Virus record (IMG/VR): IMGVR_UViG_3300025658_000009
Coordinates: 1 to 30,869 of that record
Reading direction: 5' to 3' (one strand)
Length of the DNA: 30,869 nt
From: a virus
Taxonomy: Duplodnaviria > Caudoviricetes
Shown here piece after piece: positions 1 to 10,500 of this stretch (positions within the stretch are counted from its first letter, which is position 1; each line of letters begins with the position of its first letter). Below the pieces are notes generated by a model, which was not told the origin of the DNA, made no database searches, and was given only the letters and a program-made list of their open reading frames with translations. Made by a program: the position numbers and the translations under genes.

Positions 1-2
1 CT

Positions 3-3000
3 ATTATAGGCGCTGCAACAGCAGCAGCTGGTACATTTACAGATGTTGTTGCAGGAACTATCGACACTGGCGCAGGCTCAATTGACGGCGGCACGATCAC
101 TGGTGCAGCGTTTGTAGGTCCACTTACCGGTGCTGTTACAGGAACTATCGGAGCAGGAACAAAGAATACTGGCGGATTTACAGATCTAACTACAACAGGT
201 TCAGCAGTAATAGGCACAACACTTACTGTAGAAGGCGGCTTAGCAAAATTAGATAACGTTGATATTAACGGTGGTGCTATAGACGGCACAACAATCGGTG
301 CAAGCGTAGCAGATAGAACAACAATTGGCGCAACTACAATTGACGGCACAGTAATAAGCGCATCAACAAGCTTTGAAGGTAAGGTCGGTGTATCAGGACA
401 AGACACTGGTGCATTCACTACAGTTGATGCAACTGAAATTACATCATCTGGTGATATTAATATTTCCGCAGGTATAGGTAAATTGTTTATCGGCGGCGGC
501 ACAGCAGTTATTGATAATAACAAAGATGCTGTTCTAAACGACTTGACTTTAACTGGTGCCTTTGCTCCGGGTACAATTAATGTTGGAAGTGGAAACTTTA
601 CAGTTGATGCTGTTGGTAACGCAGTTATTGCAGGCGATTTAACAATCGGTGGGTCAACTACAACTGTAAATACAGAAACAATTTTACTTGCAGACAACAT
701 TATCGTTCTAAATAGTAACGCTACTACAGCCGAGTCAGGCGGTCTTAATATTAACTTGAGTGGCGGCGTTAGTAAAGAGTTAATTTGGAATCAAACTGAT
801 CTTGCATGGTCAATAGGTACAGAAGAGTTTAAAGCAGGTACATTTACAGCAAGTACACAAATTGATTCTCCAACTATTAATGCAACAACATTTAACGGTG
901 CATTAGCAGGAAATGCAACCACAGCAAGTGCATGGCAAACTGCTAGAACAATTACATTCGCAGGCGGTGATGTAACCGGTACATTTACAACAGACGGTAG
1001 CGGTGATGTTTCTAATATTGCTCTAACAGTTGAAGCTAATAGTGTTGCGCTTGGAACTGATACTACTGGTAGTTATGTCGAACAAGCTACAACATCTGGT
1101 AACGGTATTAGTGGTAGTGTAAATACAGAAGCAGGCACGTTTACTGTAACTTCGAACGCTACAGATACTAACTTGCCATCGACTATCGTGTTTAGAGATG
1201 CAAGTGGTGATTTTAGTGCAGGTACAATTACAGCAAACTTAATAGGTGACGTTACAGGCTCAATTGGTGCTACTACTAGAGATACTGGTGAATTTACAAC
1301 TATAGAAACTGACAATAACGTGTCAGTAGGCGGTAGCTTAACAGTGACAACTGTAACAAACTTAAATGATAACGTATCAGTTGCTACTGGTAAGACACTA
1401 AGTTCAGATACTGTAGCATTTACAGGCGGCACTATTAATGGCACTACTATCGGTACTGCGATTGGCGGCGCAGCAGCTATTACTGGTACAACTATTACAG
1501 CGAATACAGGATTTACTGGTGATATAACAGGTGATGTTATTAGTTCTAACACTAGTGGTGTTATCTTAGATACATCTGGTACAACTGCGGTATTTACTGG
1601 TAACGTTGTCGGTAATGTTGATACAACTACTGCTATGAGTTCAGCGGTTACTGTTGCACTTACTGGTCCAATTACAGGATCAGCAACATTTACAAATGCA
1701 GGCGATACAGCAAGTATTGCAACAACAATTACAAACGATAGTGTTACACTAGGTACACATACAGATGGTAGTTATGTCGAACAAGCTACAACATCTGGTA
1801 ATGGTATTAGTGGTAGTGTAAATACAGAAGCAGGTACATTTACAGTAACGTCTAATGCAACTGATGCAAATACTCCTTCAACTACCGTGTTTAGAAATGC
1901 AAGTGGCGACTTTAGTGCTGGAATGATAACAGCAGATGTTACAGGTGACATTTATAACAGCGGCTCGAATAAAGTACTTGAAACAGGTATATCATCAATT
2001 GATGCAATATTTACAGGTAATGTTAATATTACTGCTGGCACAAGTAACTTTAATAACGTAACAGCAAATGATATTGCAGTAAGCACTAAGTTTACAGCTG
2101 ATATCACTAACGGTGTTAGCATCACAGACGGTGCTATTACCGGTACAACTATTGGTAGTGCAGTTGGTGGAGACCAAGCTACTATCTATGGTACAACTAT
2201 AACAGCAAGTAGCGGATTTATAGGCAATATTACCGGTAACGTAACTGGTGATTTACTATCCGGCGGCGATGTAATCGACGGTAATGTAACTGTTGGCACT
2301 GGAAATACACTAGGTGTTACTGGTACATTTACTATTGCACCGGGATCAACAGGTTCGACATTGAATAATGTTGTAATAGGTAATATTACACCAGTTAACG
2401 CATTCTTTGATAATGTAGAAACAAATACAGTTGATGCTGGCACTGGAACAATTGACGGCGGAATCATTACGGCTGCAACAAAGCTTGTTGGAGATCTTAA
2501 CGAAACTAACACAACGAAAAATGGTTTCTTAAACAACTTTACTTCAACAGGATTAGCAACATTTAACAATGTTAGCATCGGTGGTAATATTAGCTTTGCT
2601 GACTTGAATATTGGCGGTATGCTAACTGCTGAAGGTGGTTTAAATATCGATACTGAAACATTTACTCTATCAGCTGATGCACAGCTAGGCGCAAGTGCTG
2701 TTGCTGGTATGGTGATCAATAGAGATACAGCAGGCGATGTTAGATTTATTTGGCAAGAAAATGCAAGTCAAACAGGCGGTACATGGAGTACTGAAGCACA
2801 ATCACTTTATGTAGGAAATGATTTAGAGGTAGGTGATGAACTTACAGTAGCAAATGATATTACAATTACAACTGGTGCATTAATAGGTGATGTTACATCA
2901 ACAAATGTAGATATTACAGGTGGTACTATTAAAGCTACAGCAATTGGTTCAGCTGCTGGCGCAGATCAAGCAGCAGGGTTCTTTACAACTATTAATACAT

Positions 3001-6000
3001 CTAGTGATGTTGTAGTTGGCGGTAATCTTACTGTCAATGGCGGCGTAACATCTATTACCTCAACAGAACTAAGATTAACTGACAAAGTTATTGTTGTAGC
3101 AGACGGCGCCACAGATTCAGCAACAGGCGATGGCGCAGGATTTACTGTAGGTACGTCAGGTATTGGTATAACATATAGTCATGCAAATACTAGATTTGTT
3201 GTAAGCGAAGATCTACGTGTAGACGGTGTAGTAAATGCAAATAATTATGTAGGTTCGATTACATCAGCTGCTGCTGACGTTGTTGACTTTAGTGCTGCTG
3301 CTTCAGTAAGCTTTGCTAACGATGCTATCAACGGAGATGCAATAAATGGCGGCACAATCGGCGGTATAACTGTTACAAATTTAGTCTCGAGCAATGTTAA
3401 CATCAGTGGCGGCGCCATTGTAAACACTACAATAGGCGAGCTAGGCAGAAGCACTGGTAAATTTACTACATTAGATGCAAATAGTACAATTAATGCATCT
3501 GGAAACATTAATGCACCGACAATGAGTGCAACTACAATTACAGCTACAGATTTTATAGGTAATGCATCAACAGTAACTAACGGAGTATATACAACTGATA
3601 CAGGAACAGTTACAAATACAATGTTAGCTGGATCGATTGCAAATGCAAAACTAGTTAATGATGATGTAACTATTGGTACAACAGCAATTGCACTAGGCGC
3701 AGGCTCAACAACACTTGCTGGATTAACAACTGTAACATCTACAAACTTTGTAGGTAATTTAGACGGAGATTTAACTGGTGATGTTATTGCAAGTGATGCA
3801 AGTGTGCTTATTAATCATACTACAAAATTCTTGAATGGTAACGTTAACACATCAACAGGTACTACAACATTAAATAATCTTACAACAGGCGGCGCTATAA
3901 TTTCAAATGGCACAGCAACATTTAATGGTGCTCTTGAAGTTACTGCAGGTAACACTGCAACATTTGATGACATTACAATTAACGGCGACTTGTCATTTAG
4001 TAACTTAGTATTACCAGGAAACTTAGAAGTACAAGGTGATGCAGACTTCTATGCAAGCACAATTACATTGAATTCAGATTCAGGTGTTGATGTTGATGCA
4101 GGAATAGTTGTAAATAGAAACGGTGGCGGATCAGTATCGTTTGTATATGATACAAGTTCATCAAGATGGTCTACAAATAATGCAGACCTAACAGCAAGTA
4201 TGTTCTACGGTGACGTAACTGGTGATGTTAATGGTGCTGTAACTTCGAGTAGTGTTACAATTACAGGCGGCTCGATTGGAAGTACAACTATCGGCGCAAG
4301 TGGCACAGCAAGCACTGGTGTATTCACTCAAATGGATACAGTAAATGCACAGATTACTGGTGGTAATATTATTAATACGCAGATCGGTGATAATGCTAAT
4401 AGAGATGTCGGATACTTTACAAATGTGTTTGCATCAAACACACTTAACGGTAATCTCAACGGTAACGTTACATCAACAGGCGCAAGTTCATTTGATAATA
4501 TCACAATCACTGCTGGTGCAATCAATAATACTACTATTGGTTCAACTACTCATGTATCTGGTAAGTTTACTACTATAGAAGCAACTAATGGACTTACAAT
4601 TGCAGGAACAACTAATTCAAGTGGTGCTATAAACACAACCAATAATATAAGTGGTGCTATTGTTACTGCTACAACAAGATTTGACGGTGACTTAACTGGT
4701 GATGTAACTGGTACAGTTACAAGTATTGCAAATCACAGTACAGCAGATCTTGCAGAAGATCCTAGTGCAACAACTTCGAGCGGTACTATGTACTATACAG
4801 ATGCTAGAGTTGATGCACACTTAGTAGGCGGAACAGGTGTTACTTATTCAGGCGGTAATATTAGTATCGGACAAGATGTTGCAGTCACATCTAATGTTAC
4901 ATTTAACGATGTTGACGTAGACGGAACTCTAACTGTTGCCAGCTTGTCATTTACAGACTTAACTGTTACAGGTGACTTAACAGTCCAAGGATTGACTACA
5001 AGTTTAGAAACAGAAACTATTGAACTTGCAGATAATATTATCCTACTTAATAGTAATGCTACAGGCAGTGCAACAGCCAATGCTGGACTTGAAGTAGAAA
5101 GAGGAAGTGATGTTAATGTATCATTTGTATGGGATGAGTCAAATGATCGTTGGACATTAGCAGGTGAAGATCTTGTAGCTAACACATTTATAGGTGACTT
5201 AACAGGTGACGTAGCAGGTAACGTAACAGCTACATCTGGTACATCAAACTTTGTAAATATTGTTTCTGCAACAGGTGATATAACAGCAACTACTGGTACT
5301 ATTAGTGCACCAGTTGGCGGGTTTACAGGAAACGTTACTGGTACTGTTTCAACTTTGTCAAATCATGATACAGGTGATTTGACAGAAGGTACAAATTTAT
5401 ACTATACTGATGCTAGAGTTGAAAATAGACTAAACGGTAACTTACTTACAAGTATAATTCCAAATGCAGATGATACATATGATTTAGGTAGTGCAAGTTT
5501 CAAATGGAGAGATTTGTACTTAGGACCAAACTCGATTAACATGGAAGGCAGAAACATTATTGGACTTGATGTTCCTACTGATACGTTTAAGTTTGAAGGA
5601 CAAGCTAACGATAGTATTAATGTTAAAGCAACAGGTACAGGTGATGTTGTTCTAACTGCTGCTAACTATATTAAACTAGAAGGCATAGTTCAACTACCAT
5701 TTAGTAACCATTTAAGTACAGAAGTTGTAGCAGCTGGCGACTTTAATGTTAACTATAAGTATACAATTAGAACATCTGGAACAACTGATTGGAACGCCGC
5801 AGCTGGCACAACAGGTGTGACATATAATTCAGGTGATGTATTTACAGCAGCAAATGCAGGCTCAGGCTCAGGTACCGCATACGAAGAATTTTTAAGTGTT
5901 CAAACAACAATTGATATGCATGATCAAAAGATTATTAATCTTGGTACACCAACAGATGCTGGTGATGCTGCTACAAAAGATTATGTAGATAATTTTAATA

Positions 6001-7529
6001 CTACATTAACAATTTCAGGTGATGTAGGCGCAAATGATGCAGTAAGTTTACAAAATGATATATTAACATTTGACGGTGCTAGTGATCAAATTGAAACAAC
6101 AATTTCAAATAATCAAGTTCGCTTTGCACTAAGTGATAATGTTAAAACTCAAACATATACAGCATATAATGGACTAATAAATATAGAATCTAATGCAAGT
6201 AATAATTCATTCTTAACTTTTGATTCTTCTCAAGCAGGAACACCGGCTTCTGGGGGATCACACGGTCTTATAGTTGACAGAGGCACAAGTACAAATGCAA
6301 CTATTTTATGGAACGAAAATTTTGATAGATGGAAATTTAGTAACGGCAGTTCAGAATATAATATTCCAGTACCGTCAGAGTATGACAGATATGATCAGTG
6401 GAGACTTGTAGGTGACTCGGGAGATTTAGCATTTGCTGGAAGTGACGATTATGTTAAATTCACAGAAGGAACAAGCGACGGAGTTACTTTAGATGTAGAT
6501 GTAACAAATTTAGGTGCAGCAGCTACTACGCCTTCAACCCCGCATACAGTAGAATTTAATATTACTAACACTGATAAAGGTAGCAGTCAAAACATCTTTA
6601 AAACTATTAAAGTACAAGACTCAGGCGGATCAGATAAATCTTTAGATACAGCAGCAGTTTCAAATACTGATACTTTCCAGTTCAAGGAAGGCGCAGGCAT
6701 TGGAATTACTAAACCAGCAACCGGCGTTTATCAATTTGCACATACTTCGGTTGGTGCCGCTGACATTGATGCAAATCCTTCAAACGGATCGTATACATTT
6801 ATTAATGATCTAGAAGTTACTATAGATAGTGAAGGACACGTTACTAATACTAATGTTGGAACAAAGACGCTAGATTTAACATGGCATTTCTTAGACAGCG
6901 ACGGTACTGATCATGATGTTATTTTAGATGATACAGCTAATCATGCAATTAAACTTGTTAATACAGGCGGTATTACAGCAAATTGGACACAAACAGCAAA
7001 TGGATCAACGTCGACTCCTGCAACACTTGAATTAAAAATTAATGACACAAAAATCGATTCAGATCTATCATTTAATGATTCATATGGTATAAACTTTGGT
7101 ACAGGTACTGATGGAGAATTATTCTTTGATGGTACATCTCTAAACTTAGATATGAATGGATCTGAGACTATACTAATTAGAGATGGAGCTAATGGTAATG
7201 CTGACAGATTCTCGTTTGATACAGCAACAGGTGACTTTACTGCAACTGGTGATGTTACAGCGTTCTCAGATGCTAGACTTAAAGATAATGTAGAAACAAT
7301 TGATAATGCATTAGATAAAGTTACAGCAATGCGCGGTGTTACATTTGATAAAGATGGTAAAAAAGGCACTGGGGTTATTGCCCAAGAAATTGAAGAAGTG
7401 TTGCCTGAAGTAGTAAATAACAATGGGGAATACAAGTCAGTTGCGTATGGTAACATTGTTGGTACACTAATTGAAGCTATTAAAGAATTGAAAGCAGAAA
7501 TTGAAGAGTTGAAAAAAGGTAAAGCTTAA
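3..7529 (+). CDS. Giant tail fibre protein with C-terminal peptidase S74 intramolecular chaperone; 5'-partial (>=2508 aa)
   Basis: The frame is open from base 3 (IIGAATAAAGTFTDVV...) into the track ORF, so the TTG at 483 is not the true start. Gly/Thr/Asn-rich fibre repeats are present (ITGGTINGTTIG, FTGDLTGDVTG, DLxEGTNLYYTDAR). The C-terminus TAF-SDARLKDNV...GVIAQEIEEVLPEVV...VAYGNIVGTLIEAIKEL is the S74 chaperone pattern. Confidence 0.9.
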   Translation: MIGAATAAAGTFTDVVAGTIDTGAGSIDGGTITGAAFVGPLTGAVTGTIGAGTKNTGGFTDLTTTGSAVIGTTLTVEGGLAKLDNVDINGGAIDGTTIGASVADRTTIGATTIDGTVISASTSFEGKVGVSGQDTGAFTTVDATEITSSGDINISAGIGKLFIGGGTAVIDNNKDAVLNDLTLTGAFAPGTINVGSGNFTVDAVGNAVIAGDLTIGGSTTTVNTETILLADNIIVLNSNATTAESGGLNINLSGGVSKELIWNQTDLAWSIGTEEFKAGTFTASTQIDSPTINATTFNGALAGNATTASAWQTARTITFAGGDVTGTFTTDGSGDVSNIALTVEANSVALGTDTTGSYVEQATTSGNGISGSVNTEAGTFTVTSNATDTNLPSTIVFRDASGDFSAGTITANLIGDVTGSIGATTRDTGEFTTIETDNNVSVGGSLTVTTVTNLNDNVSVATGKTLSSDTVAFTGGTINGTTIGTAIGGAAAITGTTITANTGFTGDITGDVISSNTSGVILDTSGTTAVFTGNVVGNVDTTTAMSSAVTVALTGPITGSATFTNAGDTASIATTITNDSVTLGTHTDGSYVEQATTSGNGISGSVNTEAGTFTVTSNATDANTPSTTVFRNASGDFSAGMITADVTGDIYNSGSNKVLETGISSIDAIFTGNVNITAGTSNFNNVTANDIAVSTKFTADITNGVSITDGAITGTTIGSAVGGDQATIYGTTITASSGFIGNITGNVTGDLLSGGDVIDGNVTVGTGNTLGVTGTFTIAPGSTGSTLNNVVIGNITPVNAFFDNVETNTVDAGTGTIDGGIITAATKLVGDLNETNTTKNGFLNNFTSTGLATFNNVSIGGNISFADLNIGGMLTAEGGLNIDTETFTLSADAQLGASAVAGMVINRDTAGDVRFIWQENASQTGGTWSTEAQSLYVGNDLEVGDELTVANDITITTGALIGDVTSTNVDITGGTIKATAIGSAAGADQAAGFFTTINTSSDVVVGGNLTVNGGVTSITSTELRLTDKVIVVADGATDSATGDGAGFTVGTSGIGITYSHANTRFVVSEDLRVDGVVNANNYVGSITSAAADVVDFSAAASVSFANDAINGDAINGGTIGGITVTNLVSSNVNISGGAIVNTTIGELGRSTGKFTTLDANSTINASGNINAPTMSATTITATDFIGNASTVTNGVYTTDTGTVTNTMLAGSIANAKLVNDDVTIGTTAIALGAGSTTLAGLTTVTSTNFVGNLDGDLTGDVIASDASVLINHTTKFLNGNVNTSTGTTTLNNLTTGGAIISNGTATFNGALEVTAGNTATFDDITINGDLSFSNLVLPGNLEVQGDADFYASTITLNSDSGVDVDAGIVVNRNGGGSVSFVYDTSSSRWSTNNADLTASMFYGDVTGDVNGAVTSSSVTITGGSIGSTTIGASGTASTGVFTQMDTVNAQITGGNIINTQIGDNANRDVGYFTNVFASNTLNGNLNGNVTSTGASSFDNITITAGAINNTTIGSTTHVSGKFTTIEATNGLTIAGTTNSSGAINTTNNISGAIVTATTRFDGDLTGDVTGTVTSIANHSTADLAEDPSATTSSGTMYYTDARVDAHLVGGTGVTYSGGNISIGQDVAVTSNVTFNDVDVDGTLTVASLSFTDLTVTGDLTVQGLTTSLETETIELADNIILLNSNATGSATANAGLEVERGSDVNVSFVWDESNDRWTLAGEDLVANTFIGDLTGDVAGNVTATSGTSNFVNIVSATGDITATTGTISAPVGGFTGNVTGTVSTLSNHDTGDLTEGTNLYYTDARVENRLNGNLLTSIIPNADDTYDLGSASFKWRDLYLGPNSINMEGRNIIGLDVPTDTFKFEGQANDSINVKATGTGDVVLTAANYIKLEGIVQLPFSNHLSTEVVAAGDFNVNYKYTIRTSGTTDWNAAAGTTGVTYNSGDVFTAANAGSGSGTAYEEFLSVQTTIDMHDQKIINLGTPTDAGDAATKDYVDNFNTTLTISGDVGANDAVSLQNDILTFDGASDQIETTISNNQVRFALSDNVKTQTYTAYNGLINIESNASNNSFLTFDSSQAGTPASGGSHGLIVDRGTSTNATILWNENFDRWKFSNGSSEYNIPVPSEYDRYDQWRLVGDSGDLAFAGSDDYVKFTEGTSDGVTLDVDVTNLGAAATTPSTPHTVEFNITNTDKGSSQNIFKTIKVQDSGGSDKSLDTAAVSNTDTFQFKEGAGIGITKPATGVYQFAHTSVGAADIDANPSNGSYTFINDLEVTIDSEGHVTNTNVGTKTLDLTWHFLDSDGTDHDVILDDTANHAIKLVNTGGITANWTQTANGSTSTPATLELKINDTKIDSDLSFNDSYGINFGTGTDGELFFDGTSLNLDMNGSETILIRDGANGNADRFSFDTATGDFTATGDVTAFSDARLKDNVETIDNALDKVTAMRGVTFDKDGKKGTGVIAQEIEEVLPEVVNNNGEYKSVAYGNIVGTLIEAIKELKAEIEELKKGKA
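1067..1834 (+). repeat. 69-bp direct repeat pair inside the tail fibre gene (1067-1135 and 1766-1834, 68/69 identical, offset 699 bp, in frame)
   Basis: Both copies read tggtagttatgtcgaacaagctacaacatctggtaa(c/t)ggtattagtggtagtgtaaatacagaagcagg and encode GSYVEQATTSGNGISGSVNTEAG. Protein similarity extends to ...VFR(D/N)ASGDFSAG. Confidence 0.95.
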
Positions 7530-10500
7530 TGGGAATTGTTAATAGTGGCACAGTATCATTAGGGGATTTACAAACCGAATTTGGCGGTACTCCTCCTACC
7601 GAAATGGAAGAATACTATCGCGGCAACGAAGTTCCTGATGCATTAGAAAATCAGAATGTACCTACAGCTGGCACAATCAAGTTAAGTGATTTTTATGGAT
7701 CACAGAATATTACCTATTTGTTAAGTTTAAGTTTTGATACTACTCCGACAAGTGTTGTAATCGGATCAGTTCAATTACAACAAGGATATAATTCGTCAGC
7801 AAACACTCTCCTACCAAATTATGTAAATAAAGTGTCAGTAGTAGTAGTCGGTGCTGGCGGCGGCGGCGCAGCAGCAAAAGGCACTTCAGGTGGCTACGTA
7901 AATTCTAATGCGCCCGGCGGTGGCGGCGGCGCATTAGCATGGGCTAATGATATTTCTGTTAGTAATTCAATATCTTATTATGTATCAGTAGGCGCCGGCG
8001 GCGCAAGAGGAGTTTACAACAGAAACAACTCAGGATCTACTATAGGAAGTCCTGGCGGTTCTTCGTCAATAAACTGGACTGGCCGTGGTACATTAATTGC
8101 CAGAGGCGGTGACGGCGGCGGCGCATCAGGTTATACAAATATGTCCGGAGACGGCGGCACTTTCACAGCACCTGGAACTACTAATACAGCAGGCGGCGGC
8201 GAAGGAGGCGATGGCGGAGCGTATACGGCAGGAGGCGGCGGCGGCGCCGGAGGATATACTGCCAGAGGCGGCGCTTCAAACCAACCAGGTCTTTCTGGCG
8301 GTGGCGGCTCAGGCGGTGGCGGCACTCGTTCCGGAACTGGTCCTCCCTTTAGTGGCTATGGAGGACGCGGAGGCAGTACAGGTACTCAGGGCAAAGGTAA
8401 TGAAGGTGCTGGAGGCACTTACGCAACTGGTAGCACATCAGTTGGTGGCCAAGGTGGCTCGGGCAGCAGCCAAGGCGGTCCTGCCGGCGGCGGTGGCGGC
8501 CAAGGTGTATTGCGATGTTATAACTGCGGTACTGGTTATGGCGGCGGTAATGGCTCCAATGGCGCCGCTAGGATTATGTATACTGGATTTAACACAAATG
8601 TCGATACATCAACAGGTGCTGATTTTACTAACGTACCTGTCCGTAGTTTTCCTAACAATGCAGCAGACGCATATGCAAATATATATAGAGATGGTTACAG
8701 CGAAGGCACCACAGTAACTGGCACAGTTACAACAACTAGTATTAATGACGGCACAGTATTAACATGGGATGTAGTATTTGTACAAGGGGTGCAATCTGCA
8801 AATGATCTTTCTGCGTATTCTGGCACTGTTACTATAAACAATAATACAGGTAGTTTTACATTCGACATAGGCGAAGACTTTGTGTTAGAAACTGCACAAG
8901 AAGAAATTAAAGTAAGATTAAAACTTGCTGATGGTACTACTGTAGTAAAAGAATCAGAAACATTTGTTATAGTTGATACTAGTACACCTGAAATTGAAAT
9001 CACTAATATGCCAGCAACTGTTGTCGAAGGAACTACTCTTGATGTAGAAGTAACAACACGAGGATTTGCAAGCGGAACTGTTATAACTTATGCATTTAGT
9101 GGAATAACTACAGATGACGTCTCGTCTGGGAGTTTAACAGGATCAGTGACTCATACAGTTACTGGTTTACAATATGAAAATGTACATACAATATCATTAG
9201 GAATTGCACAAGATTGGTCAGTTTCTAATAATAATATCGAAAATGAAACTATTACGTTTTCGATTACTAATAATGTAACTACTGTATTAAATAATAATCA
9301 AACTACTACAGTAAACGACCTATACTATAATATTATTATAGATTCTTCTAGTTCTACAGGAGCAGATAATACTTATATTGAAACACATACAACTAGTGGA
9401 ACATATACAGTTCCATCTGGAGTTAATACTATGTCAGTTGCAATGGTCGGCGGTGGTGGCGGTGGCAGTGCAGGTCGCCAATCTTCCGGCAGCGGATACG
9501 GCGGCGCCGGAGGTGGTTTAGTATGGATGAATTCTATTCCAGTTACTACTGGTGATACTATAGCATGGACAGTTGGCAGTGGCGGACAGGGTGAAACATT
9601 TTCAGGGCCGCAACCTTATAAAACTCACAATTATGGCGGCACTAACTCAGCTACACCATATAATTCTTATATGTCAGCAGCAACCCAAGCAAACTTATCA
9701 GGACCAAATGCTGGCGGCGATACATTTATAACTACGTCATCTAATTCGGCAGCAACGCATACCTTTACAATTACTGAATCTTCAAACGGTTCTTTTACTT
9801 ATACTTATTCTGCTAATAGCATTTTTGGATTTGCACCTACAACATTAAGAGTAAAAGAAGTTAAGGCACACGGAGATTTAAGTTCAAGTATTGAATATGT
9901 CACTTGGACAGCGCTTCCGTCAGCATATCAAAATATTTTTGAAACAGGCGGTACAGATAGTGGCGTTTCGCAAGTATGGTATACTGATACAACCGGGCAT
10001 GATATTACTAGTGCAGTACTATCAGGTGATACAGTTACGTTATCATTTACAGTTCCAACATCAGTAAATCTTACACCACCAGGTGCTCAAGGATTTTGGC
10101 ATTTAGAAATTGAAATAGAAGCTACAACTTCTAGCAGCAATCAAGAAATTGCAAGAGCCCAGGGAGGAGCTGCTTCTACCGCAGTTGGGTCAGGCGGCTC
10201 GTATAATATAACATCTGCATTTCAAAATTTACCACATGGTGGCGGCAAAGGCAAAGATGGAACAGCAAGTGGCGGAAGCGGTAGAAGTGACAGATTTCCT
10301 GGTGGCGGCGGCGGCGCAGCCGGTTACTATGGCAATCCAAATGTAGCATCAAATACCGATGTCGGAGGCGGTGGCTACGGCGGTCGTGGAATGGGACAAA
10401 TATATGCACCTGATGCATATACATATGTCTATCGTACAGATATACGCGGCAGCGGTGGCGGCGGAGTAAGTACCAAAGGTATTGGCACTACTGGATCGGC

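Noticed and set aside
483-485. TTG start for the fibre gene given by the ORF track
   Set aside because: The frame is open back to base 3 with the same repeat style, so the gene starts upstream of the window.
1067-1834. 69-bp repeat pair as a DGR template/variable repeat
   Set aside because: The single mismatch is C/T rather than at adenines, both copies are coding and in frame, and there is no reverse transcriptase in the window.
1073-7456. Multiple minus-strand ORFs opposite the fibre gene (and similar ones opposite the adhesin, gp15, sheath and second fibre)
   Set aside because: They are Val/Pro/Ser-rich shadow frames produced by biased codon usage on the coding strand. They have no recognisable motifs.
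8097-8717. 206-aa Ala-rich alternative-frame ORF, and locally high GC suggesting foreign DNA
   Set aside because: Both are explained by GGC glycine runs read in a shifted frame.
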